Origin: an uncultured Flavobacteriales bacterium
Lineage (GTDB): Bacteria > Bacteroidota > Bacteroidia > Flavobacteriales_D > Sanyastnellaceae
DNA length: 64,000 nt
NCBI GenBank assembly: GCA_905479115.1
Contig: CAJQLF010000006.1
Location: 7,296 to 71,295, forward strand
Direction: 5' to 3'
A program made the translations under genes and the position numbers. This document shows positions 56,344 to 64,000 of the stretch, in pieces. Position 1 is the first letter of the stretch. The number at the start of each line of letters is the position of its first letter. The notes below the pieces were generated by a model. That model was given only the letters and a program-made list of their open reading frames with translations. It was not told the DNA's origin and did no database searches.

Positions 56344-56913
56344 TTAAGTCCCGGAAACGTCCGTTAAATCAAGTAAAATCAAAGCAAATAGCGCATAATT
56401 GGCCATGTCTTGATAGTTCGCTTCCACACCTTCAGAAACGTTCGTTTGGCCGTCATTGTTCTCGATTTGTTTGACACGCAAAACTTTCATCAGAATCAAA
56501 TCGGTCAATGAGCTGACCCGCATATCCCGCCATGCCTCTCCGTAATCATGGTTTTTTGCAATCATAAGTGAGCGAGTCGCTTCAAATGCACTTCGGTACC
56601 GAACACGTGCTTCCTCCAATGGCAATTCCATGGGGTGATCAGCTGGCAATCCGCATTGGATCATAGCCATCAGGCTGTAATTCACAATGCCAATAAATTC
56701 TGAATCAATGCCCTCATCCACCATCGCTTCGTCCGATTGCTGCAACGTTCGAATGCGGTTGGCTTTGATGAAAAGTTGATCCGTGAGGGACGACGGCCTC
56801 AAGATGCGCCAAGCCGTTCCATAATCGGCAGTTTTTGCTTCAAATAGCTCCGCACACCGTGAAAACACACGGTCATACTGCTCTAACGTTTCTTCAATCG
56901 TATGCGCGTCCAT
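56344..56913 (-). CDS. DUF1599 domain-containing protein
   Basis: Two internal copies of YG.AWR..R..SLTD...(I/M)K..R. It is divergent from folP, as is usual in Bacteroidota. The ATG at 56913 is preferred to the longer ORF that overlaps folP. Confidence 0.75.
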   Translation of the reverse strand: MDAHTIEETLEQYDRVFSRCAELFEAKTADYGTAWRILRPSSLTDQLFIKANRIRTLQQSDEAMVDEGIDSEFIGIVNYSLMAMIQCGLPADHPMELPLEEARVRYRSAFEATRSLMIAKNHDYGEAWRDMRVSSLTDLILMKVLRVKQIENNDGQTNVSEGVEANYQDMANYALFALILLDLTDVSGT

Positions 56914-56975
56914 CAATCTTGATATCTTTCGGCAAGATACAACTCGGTAACCAGCAACTTTTGGCCCATTCACGA

Positions 56976-57827
56976 ATGTCTTCACCATTTTATCAACTCC
57001 AAAACGGAGCAAAATCACTGGATTTCTCTTCCCCTCGCATTATGGGGATTGTGAATTGCACCGCCGATTCGTTCTACAGCGGCAGCCGCTTTATGGAAAA
57101 CGAAGCGGTCTCGGCAGGAATCAAAATGCTCGAATCTGGCGCGGATCTCTTGGACATCGGCGGACAATCCTCTAGGCCTGGAGCAATCGAAGTTGGAGCG
57201 CATGAAGAATGGCGTAGCATTGAGACTCCACTCAAAGGCATCTTAGATGCTGCCCCTGAAGCGTTGATTTCAATCGATACGTTTCATGCAGAGGTCGCTC
57301 ATAAGGCGCTCGAGGCCGGCGCCTTTCTCATCAATGACATATACGGTGGAACACGAGATGACAAAATGATAGAGGTCATTAAAGCAATGGGGTGCCCCTA
57401 TGCCATCATGCACATGCAAGGCACACCTCAAACCATGCAAACCGACCCCACTTATTTGGATCCGGTAACCGATGTCATTCAGTGGCTCCAGTCGAGGCTG
57501 GATCATCTGCGAAAAGAAGGAATCGATCAATGCATGATTGATCCAGGATTTGGATTTGGAAAGAACCTCCGGCACAATTTTGATTTGCTCAACCGACTGG
57601 ATTCGATGCACGTCCTGGACTGCCCCATTTTGGTCGGTGTGAGCCGGAAGTCCATGATTTGGAAATCCCTTCAATGCACTCCCGAGGAAGCACTCAATGG
57701 AAGCACAGCTTTGCATGCGTGGGCACTCCAACGAGGAGCCCATTTACTCCGAGTTCACGATGTGAGGGCTGCGCGCGAAGTGGTGACCCTGCACCACCAG
57801 CTGATTTCAGCTTCTACCGCTGGATAA
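56976..57827 (+). CDS. folP: Dihydropteroate synthase
   Basis: IMGIVNCTADSFYSG, DIGGQSSRPG, and IDPGFGFGK. Confidence 0.93.
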   Translation: MSSPFYQLQNGAKSLDFSSPRIMGIVNCTADSFYSGSRFMENEAVSAGIKMLESGADLLDIGGQSSRPGAIEVGAHEEWRSIETPLKGILDAAPEALISIDTFHAEVAHKALEAGAFLINDIYGGTRDDKMIEVIKAMGCPYAIMHMQGTPQTMQTDPTYLDPVTDVIQWLQSRLDHLRKEGIDQCMIDPGFGFGKNLRHNFDLLNRLDSMHVLDCPILVGVSRKSMIWKSLQCTPEEALNGSTALHAWALQRGAHLLRVHDVRAAREVVTLHHQLISASTAG

Positions 57828-59709
57828 CGAATCGAGCAGATTCACCCGACTCGGTTCCTTTCAACACGTACACACCGTCCCTCAAGTCCTGAACCATCAA
57901 GTACAATTGGTCTTGCACAGGCAAGGCTGACCAGCTCTTGACCAACCGACCATTGAGGTCGTAGACCTCCAAGTTAGCATTCCCCTCGAAACCGACGATT
58001 TGAATGGCATCGCTTGCAGGGTTTGGAAATACAGCCGCTGGATTTGGCGCCACAAGAGTCTCCACTGAGACAGCGTTTGGAGCTATATCATCAGACGGGC
58101 GAACCATGAAGAAATGTGTGAACGTGCTGACCGCCACATTTCCACTGGGGTAATAAGGGAAGTTGCTCCATGTTCCATTGAAAGAAGGAGCATCGGATTC
58201 CGGATTTGTATCAAAATAGCCGACCAGCTCCAGTTCTCCATTCGCTGCGTCACTCACGTCCAAGATTCTCAAGCCGCTCAAGTAATTGGACTGATACATC
58301 TTGTCCCCAATGATGTACAAATTGTGGTCGATGGCTTCCACCGGAGCTTCGAAATACCCTGTAATCTGAGGAGCATCCAAATCGCTCATGTCCATGATGT
58401 ACGTTCGGGTATTGTTGCCGAAATTCATCTCATCCAGCTCGTCGTTGAAAAAGCAGTACCGGTGATTCTCTCCCACCCAGCCTTGGTGTGTGTATCCAGA
58501 TTGAGCGTAAGAGAGTTGCGAGATTAACTGCGTATCCGATTTGTCCTCAACATCGACAATTGAAATTCCAGCGTTCCCATTGAAACACACAACAATCTCG
58601 CGGCCCGCATAATCGCTGTCAGGTCCTTGGTAGAGAATGGGATGAATATCGTGAGAATACGCTCCTTCGTAGGCGCCCACCAAAGTAGGATTCAATGGAT
58701 CCTGAATATCCAAAATATGCATGCCACCGTTGAACGTATTGGTCCCGATGGCATAGGCAAATCCCGTTTCCTCGTTGATCATGATGTTATGAGCATTGCC
58801 GAAGCCACTGTATGTTGCATCCGGTTGAATGGATGCTACCTCATCGGTAGGCAGTTCCATCAATGCATTTAAATCGACGACCTGAAGGCCGTGGCCTCCC
58901 GCCTCAGAGACGATGAACGCGTGGCCATCGTAGACTTTGATGTCACGCCACAGACTCGCGTCTGTTGCCGTTGGCAAACTGGCGAAAAATTTGATGTCCG
59001 TTGCGTCCGTGACATCGATGAACGAGGTCCCTGACGAACGACCATAAATCGCGATTTCACGGCCTGTTTCATGATCCACCCATCCCCAACAATCGTTGCC
59101 ATTCGCTCCTCCACCGAGATCCTCCAAGGACTCTACATCCATCAATTCTACGTTTGAACAGGGGTAACCGCCTGAATTGACTGTCGGTCCTTGTGGAGCC
59201 AGCGTTACGTCGTAGCAGAAATAGTAGTAATTGAATTCGTTTTCTCCCTGAATACTCGTGCCGGTAATTGCACCATATTCACCGATCGCATAGGGGTAGT
59301 TGATGTCGCTGTTTAAATCGTCGCGCCAAAGCTGCGGATTGTCCGAGAGGCAACCTAAACCCACTACTCCGGGGCCCATTGGCCAATCGAATTCCACTAT
59401 ACTTTCTCCATTAGGCACTTCAAACACCTCTGCCTCCAGCACATCTCCATCTAACGAAAACAACGCGAACGTACGCGGGCCTGCTCCGTTCGCAAACACC
59501 TTCGCTGAAACCAGCGTGACCGGCTCATACAATTCGATGATATTAAAGAAATTGCTGTTGTCGTGGTATTGCCCTTGCTGCATATCAGACAAACCACCCG
59601 TTGCAGGATCACCGTCCCCTCCTGAAAGTTCGCACGGAAAAGGAGATTGGGCCAACATAGAAAGGCTGATGAACAGAACTCCAAAGAACAATGAGAATCT
59701 TTTAGACAT
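57814..59709 (-). CDS. Choice-of-anchor-B / LVIVD-repeat beta-propeller protein with T9SS type-A CTD
   Basis: Signal MSKRFSLFFGVLFISLSMLAQ. Repeated G...(V/L)D(V/I)SD-type propeller blades (GLQVVDLN, MHILDIQDP, ISIVDVEDK, LRILDVSDA). The C-terminus VFPNPASDAIQIVG...GVYVLKG is a type-A tail. Confidence 0.75.
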   Translation of the reverse strand: MSKRFSLFFGVLFISLSMLAQSPFPCELSGGDGDPATGGLSDMQQGQYHDNSNFFNIIELYEPVTLVSAKVFANGAGPRTFALFSLDGDVLEAEVFEVPNGESIVEFDWPMGPGVVGLGCLSDNPQLWRDDLNSDINYPYAIGEYGAITGTSIQGENEFNYYYFCYDVTLAPQGPTVNSGGYPCSNVELMDVESLEDLGGGANGNDCWGWVDHETGREIAIYGRSSGTSFIDVTDATDIKFFASLPTATDASLWRDIKVYDGHAFIVSEAGGHGLQVVDLNALMELPTDEVASIQPDATYSGFGNAHNIMINEETGFAYAIGTNTFNGGMHILDIQDPLNPTLVGAYEGAYSHDIHPILYQGPDSDYAGREIVVCFNGNAGISIVDVEDKSDTQLISQLSYAQSGYTHQGWVGENHRYCFFNDELDEMNFGNNTRTYIMDMSDLDAPQITGYFEAPVEAIDHNLYIIGDKMYQSNYLSGLRILDVSDAANGELELVGYFDTNPESDAPSFNGTWSNFPYYPSGNVAVSTFTHFFMVRPSDDIAPNAVSVETLVAPNPAAVFPNPASDAIQIVGFEGNANLEVYDLNGRLVKSWSALPVQDQLYLMVQDLRDGVYVLKGTESGESARFVIQR

Positions 59710-59788
59710 GGGAAAAAGTAGTTTCAATTACAGGGTGGACCTCTCCAGCGCAAAAAAGGTTGCTTTCACGAGGGCCTATTGGAATAAC

Positions 59789-61897
59789 TCAAGGTTGGTA
59801 GTCGTTGTTCAATGGCAAGAACCCGTAGTTTTTGCTGTATCCAAGCATTTGAGTGGCAAAATCATCGGGATAAATCAGGGCGATGTCTCCAATCATTCCA
59901 TCTTCGACGAAGACCGGCTGCATTTCTGGATTGATGAAACCACCGTAGGGAGCAATGCCCAATAATGCGGACCGATCCAGCACTTCTTGATGAATGGATT
60001 GATCCACCTTGACACCATACCCTTCCACCAATGCTTTCGCCGCATCGTAATCGCCTTGAGATTTGATGCGCTGCACTTCCTGCAACAATTCGCCAAACAA
60101 ACCCCTTAATCCCTCATAATCTTTGACGTCCAAATACGTCTTGCCTTCGCGCACGACCTGTTCGATGATGCCAGCTTCTTGGCCCTTTTCAAAGCACCAG
60201 TGGCTGATCCATGCGCGGTTTCGCATGTGGGCTTCTTCGATATCGGCTCCCAATTCCAGCCTGCGCAATTGCAACATCATTCCGTTGCGAATGTAACTGT
60301 CGTATTCGGCCTTTCCTGTTTCGAGGGTCTTCATCAAACCTAGTTCTACCATTTTCTCATCCAGCATGAAGTACAAGGCCACTAAATCGGCCCGGCCTTC
60401 CTCCAAGGTTGAGCTATACTCTTTGATGGTCTGCTTGGGTTCTCCTACTCCCTCTTCCAATTTACCCGATGCATGCCCAATGACTTCGTGCATCGCCGTG
60501 TGCAATTTTCCAGCGAGTGAGCTGTGGCTCTCTGTTCGTGCCATCTCCACCTCGTCATGCGCAAATTCAGCAAGCAAGCCTCCACCGCTTGCTTGATCGT
60601 AAGCGCTGACAATGTTTCCAAGGCTGACGGATTTAGATCCGTGAACAACTCGAATCCAATTGGAATTGGGCAAGTTCACGCCAATGGGAGTGCTGGGAGA
60701 TGCATCACCTGCCTCACCCGCAACGTTCACAACATTGTAGGTGATGCCCACCACTTCCTTCTTTTTGTGCTCATCCATGAATGGCATGTTGTCCTCGAAC
60801 CACTGCGCATTTTCCATCAAAACCTTCATTCGCTCACTTGCGTCAAAATCTTTGATTTGGACAATCGTCTCGTAACTACCTGTATAACCAAGGGGATCAT
60901 TGTATACCTCGACAAAGCCATTGATATAATCAACATCGCCTTCCGTATCCTGCACCCAATTGATGTTGTACAATTGCCACTTTTCGAGATCTCCTGTTTC
61001 GTAATACGCGATGAGGTTTCTCAAAGCAGCTGCTTGCTTATCATTTTCAGCATATTGACCTGCTTGATTAAGCCAAAAGACCACTTGCTCCAATGCTTCA
61101 CCGTACAGTCCACCCACACGATAAGGCTGCTCTTCGATCTGGCCGTCTGCGTTCTTTACTAAGCGCGAGTTGAGACTGTACTCAACGGGTGTGCGAGTCC
61201 CTTCAACCACAATGCTCTCGAGGTAGGCCTGGGCCTCTTCAGTGCTCACGTCCGGGGCATAAAAATTGACGGCTGAAGCCTCGACCAATCCTTTCGATGC
61301 ATCTTGTTCAACTTTCTTTGCCTCTACCGTCGGATCGAAGATTACCGCAAGCAACTCCTCGCTGATCTCACGTCCTACGTTTTCGAGTAGCTCGTTAAAA
61401 TAGTCCTTTGAGAACTCAGGTAAAATCTTGGTATTGGCATAGTGGTGATGAATTCCATTTGAAAACCATATGCGTTTCAGGTAAGTTTCAAATCTATTCC
61501 AGCCTATGGTGCCTTTGTCTCCAGCGTACCCTGTGTAAATCGCCTCACAAAGGTCTCGCACGCGCAAATTGAATCGGTTGTTTTGATCGTACATCATGTC
61601 TCGTCCGCTGAGGCCTGCTTGATTGAGGCAATAAACGAGGGCTTTTTGACGTGCGGTAAGCTTTTCCCAGCCAGGCACCTGATACCGAACAATTTTCAAA
61701 TCAGCGAATTGCTCCGTTTGCCATGTGAACCCGCTGGCATCCGGTTCACTTGCGCCGGATGCTTGTTCAACATAGACTGACCAGTCATTCACGACTGCGT
61801 CGCTAGAACTTGAATTTTCAGACTCACTGCAGGCCGTGAGCAATAAAAAAGCCACAACGGATGCAGCTGAAGCTAAGTGTAATAATTTTGAGGCCAT
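59789..61897 (-). CDS. Dipeptidyl-peptidase III (M49 zinc peptidase), lipoprotein
   Basis: Lipobox LLLTAC and the M49 zinc motifs HEVIGHASGK and EEGRADLVALY. Confidence 0.88.
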   Translation of the reverse strand: MASKLLHLASAASVVAFLLLTACSESENSSSSDAVVNDWSVYVEQASGASEPDASGFTWQTEQFADLKIVRYQVPGWEKLTARQKALVYCLNQAGLSGRDMMYDQNNRFNLRVRDLCEAIYTGYAGDKGTIGWNRFETYLKRIWFSNGIHHHYANTKILPEFSKDYFNELLENVGREISEELLAVIFDPTVEAKKVEQDASKGLVEASAVNFYAPDVSTEEAQAYLESIVVEGTRTPVEYSLNSRLVKNADGQIEEQPYRVGGLYGEALEQVVFWLNQAGQYAENDKQAAALRNLIAYYETGDLEKWQLYNINWVQDTEGDVDYINGFVEVYNDPLGYTGSYETIVQIKDFDASERMKVLMENAQWFEDNMPFMDEHKKKEVVGITYNVVNVAGEAGDASPSTPIGVNLPNSNWIRVVHGSKSVSLGNIVSAYDQASGGGLLAEFAHDEVEMARTESHSSLAGKLHTAMHEVIGHASGKLEEGVGEPKQTIKEYSSTLEEGRADLVALYFMLDEKMVELGLMKTLETGKAEYDSYIRNGMMLQLRRLELGADIEEAHMRNRAWISHWCFEKGQEAGIIEQVVREGKTYLDVKDYEGLRGLFGELLQEVQRIKSQGDYDAAKALVEGYGVKVDQSIHQEVLDRSALLGIAPYGGFINPEMQPVFVEDGMIGDIALIYPDDFATQMLGYSKNYGFLPLNNDYQP

Positions 61898-61953
61898 AGA
61901 ATACGTTGTTCATTGGTTAACGACGGCAAGTTACTGCATCCTATCTTTGAATC

Positions 61954-63372
61954 GTGCGACGTTTTTCCCGCCTCCTCCTGCGTTCGTTCATGGCTCCATT
62001 TGCAGTGACCATGCCCGTTGCATTATTCATATTGGACATGCAGTTCCTCTGGGTGTATGCGGATGATCTAATTGGCAAGGGGCTCGCTCCTTGGGTCATC
62101 GCCGAATTGATGATGTATGCTTCGGCGCGTTTAGTAAACCTCGCTCTTCCACTGGCCATTTTAGTCGCGTCGATCATGGCGTTTGGATCACTTTCTGAAC
62201 GCAATGAATTAACCGCATTGAAATCGGCTGGACTCTCCATTTTCAGGATCTTTCGACCGCTGGTGGTCACCATGCTGCTCATCTCCTTTGGCGCCTTCTG
62301 GTTTTCAAATGCCGCATGGCCTGTTGCAAATCTGAAATTTCGGGCACTACTCTTTTCAGTAACGCAAAAAAAACCAACCCTCAATTTGGTGCCCGGTGCA
62401 TTTTACAATGGGATAGAAGGCTTTGCTATTCGAGTAGATTCGAAGGAAGAAAACGGCGTGTTGAATGACTTATTCATCCACGATCACCGAGAAGGTGAAA
62501 CAGGCGTCTCGCGCGTCATTCGAGCTGAAAGAGGACAAATGGAGCAACAAGGGGACCGATTGATTATGACCCTCCACAACGGGGTGTCATATGAGGAAGA
62601 CTTGGAACAATCCAAACGTCGGAAAGAAAGGTTGCAGCCCCACATATCTTCTTCGTTTGAACGGCAACTTTTTGAAATCGATTTGGCCTCCTTGGATTTC
62701 AGCAAAGTAGATGAGGGCCTATTTAAACGAGCGCATGAAATGATGACCATTGCGCAGCTTCAACTAGCCATCGATTCAATCGAAGGCATGGCGAACGATC
62801 GCTTGCATGAAATCCAGTTGTACGGAGCGCGTCAAACCGCTCTGTTTCGAGATTCTATCGAAACCGCGGGTGCACCATTCGCAGCAGGCGGCATTTGGAA
62901 CGCGCTCAGTCCTACGCAACGAAGAATGGCCTTTGATGGCGCTAGAAGCCTTGCTCGAAACGGGCAGCAGGGCATTGCAAATGGTTTAGAAGATGCACGT
63001 GGACGACGAAAAGCGATGGATCGGCATGCCATCGAGTGGCACCGAAAGTTCTTTCTCGCACTGAGTTGTATCCTGTTATTCTTCATCGGTGCTCCGTTAG
63101 GAGCGATCATCCGAAAAGGAGGCTTGGGTATGCCCACTGTGCTGGCGATTGGCATTTTCTTGGCGTTTTACGTTCTCTCCATGCTAGGAGAGCAAATGGT
63201 AAAGTCCGGTCAAGTTTCTCCTGTTATTGGAATGTGGATGAGCTCCCTCATTTTACTTCCTTTGGCAGTCTTTCTGACCCGACAGGCCATGCGAGATGCC
63301 AGTGCTTTTCAAATCAAGTGGCCCAGCATCCTGAAGGGTGTATTTCGAATGAAACCAACCCCGACAACCTGA
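61954..63372 (+). CDS. LptF/LptG (YjgP/YjgQ) family LPS export permease
   Basis: The N-terminus RFSRLLLRSFMAPFAVT and the TM/periplasmic-loop/TM topology match the family. Apparent GTG start. Confidence 0.8.
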   Translation: MRRFSRLLLRSFMAPFAVTMPVALFILDMQFLWVYADDLIGKGLAPWVIAELMMYASARLVNLALPLAILVASIMAFGSLSERNELTALKSAGLSIFRIFRPLVVTMLLISFGAFWFSNAAWPVANLKFRALLFSVTQKKPTLNLVPGAFYNGIEGFAIRVDSKEENGVLNDLFIHDHREGETGVSRVIRAERGQMEQQGDRLIMTLHNGVSYEEDLEQSKRRKERLQPHISSSFERQLFEIDLASLDFSKVDEGLFKRAHEMMTIAQLQLAIDSIEGMANDRLHEIQLYGARQTALFRDSIETAGAPFAAGGIWNALSPTQRRMAFDGARSLARNGQQGIANGLEDARGRRKAMDRHAIEWHRKFFLALSCILLFFIGAPLGAIIRKGGLGMPTVLAIGIFLAFYVLSMLGEQMVKSGQVSPVIGMWMSSLILLPLAVFLTRQAMRDASAFQIKWPSILKGVFRMKPTPTT

Positions 63373-63375
63373 CAC

Positions 63376-64000
63376 ATGCGCATACTCCAAATTTGCCATA
63401 AACCTCCACAACCAAGCAGAGACGGGGGATGCAGAGCCATGGATGCCATGACACGTGGACTGATTGCCGACAGTAACACAGTCAAGGTACTCACCATCGC
63501 AACAGAGAAGCACCCTTGGCTCCCTGAAGAGCTTTCAGAGGAATACATGGCTCAAACACGCATTGAAGCGTTAATGGTGGATACAGAGTTAAACCGCGTT
63601 GATGCACTTTCGAACATACTCACCGGTGACAGCTACAACATCAGCCGATTTTTTTCCTCTGATTTTGATCGATTACTCACTGATGTGCTTCGGAAAGAGG
63701 TCTTTGACTTGATCATTTTCGAGAGCCTGTTCACTGCTCCCTATCTCAAAACGGTTCGGCACTTAAGTGACGGACTTGCAATTTTGAGAACGCACAATGT
63801 AGAACATAGGATTTGGGAGCAAATGGCCCAGGAGACAGAGGCCCTGACCAAGCGGCTGTATCTCAAGCATCTCGCGGAGCGTCTCAGAGGATACGAGGTG
63901 AACGCGCTCAAAGATTTTGACGCCTTGGCTTCCATTTCGGAAGACGACACCCGCCATTTTAAATCATTGGGATGCGACTCTCCAATTTTCCTTGTTCCCT
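63376..64000 (+). CDS. Glycosyltransferase (GT4-like N-terminal domain); 3' partial, runs off the window
   Basis: My own translation from ATG 63376 is open to nt 64000: MRILQICHKPPQPSRDGGCRAMDAMTRGL...LIIFESLFTAPYLKTVR...ILRTHNVEHRIWEQMA. It is absent from the ORF track because there is no stop in the window. Confidence 0.65.
   Translation, partial: MRILQICHKPPQPSRDGGCRAMDAMTRGLIADSNTVKVLTIATEKHPWLPEELSEEYMAQTRIEALMVDTELNRVDALSNILTGDSYNISRFFSSDFDRLLTDVLRKEVFDLIIFESLFTAPYLKTVRHLSDGLAILRTHNVEHRIWEQMAQETEALTKRLYLKHLAERLRGYEVNALKDFDALASISEDDTRHFKSLGCDSPIFLVP

Overview
This is a chromosomal segment from a Bacteroidota genome, probably Flavobacteriales-like. The taxonomic call rests on six T9SS C-terminal sorting domains, the DUF5683, DUF1599 and DUF6702 families, a parA-parB-DUF5683-lepB-WbqC block, dnaA, and TAnnTTTG -7 promoter boxes. 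I call 53 protein-coding genes, two of them cut by the window edges. They are tightly packed, with many 4-nt ATGA/GTGA start-stop overlaps. Most are housekeeping genes: gcvT, thrA-thrB-thrC, fabI, gltA, fmt, folP, methylmalonyl-CoA mutase, nth, hup and nrnA. Several others scavenge peptides: DPP-IV next to a POT transporter, and DPP-III. By eye I found no rRNA, tRNA, CRISPR array, transposase, integrase or reverse transcriptase. The only clearly accessory region is 32.4-44.5 kb. It holds four consecutive minus-strand genes, each with its own hairpin terminator, encoding T9SS type-A cargo proteins of about 841, 1646, 802 and 597 aa. Three of them share a conserved domain of about 190 aa that I cannot assign to any named family; it occurs five times, three of them in the giant protein. 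The two larger proteins also carry about 30 copies of a 3-Cys module (GCTDxxACNYDxxAxxDDGSCEY). These alternate with thrombospondin-type-3-like DCDGNCxxDxDGDGxCDE linkers, and one stretch forms a strict 150-bp in-frame tandem array. The fourth protein has four CBM-like beta-sandwich repeats. This cluster is my best candidate for something undescribed, most plausibly a modular, disulfide- and Ca-stabilised surface adhesin or glycan-binding set. Its novelty cannot be established without database and structure searches. Lesser curiosities are an endonuclease III without Fe-S ligands in a tight operon with DUF6702 and an ATP-grasp-like ORF, a degenerate double FKBP-like lipoprotein coupled to nrnA, a DUF3524 (QTMAN-like) glycosyltransferase, and a dnaA upstream region with no consensus DnaA boxes.
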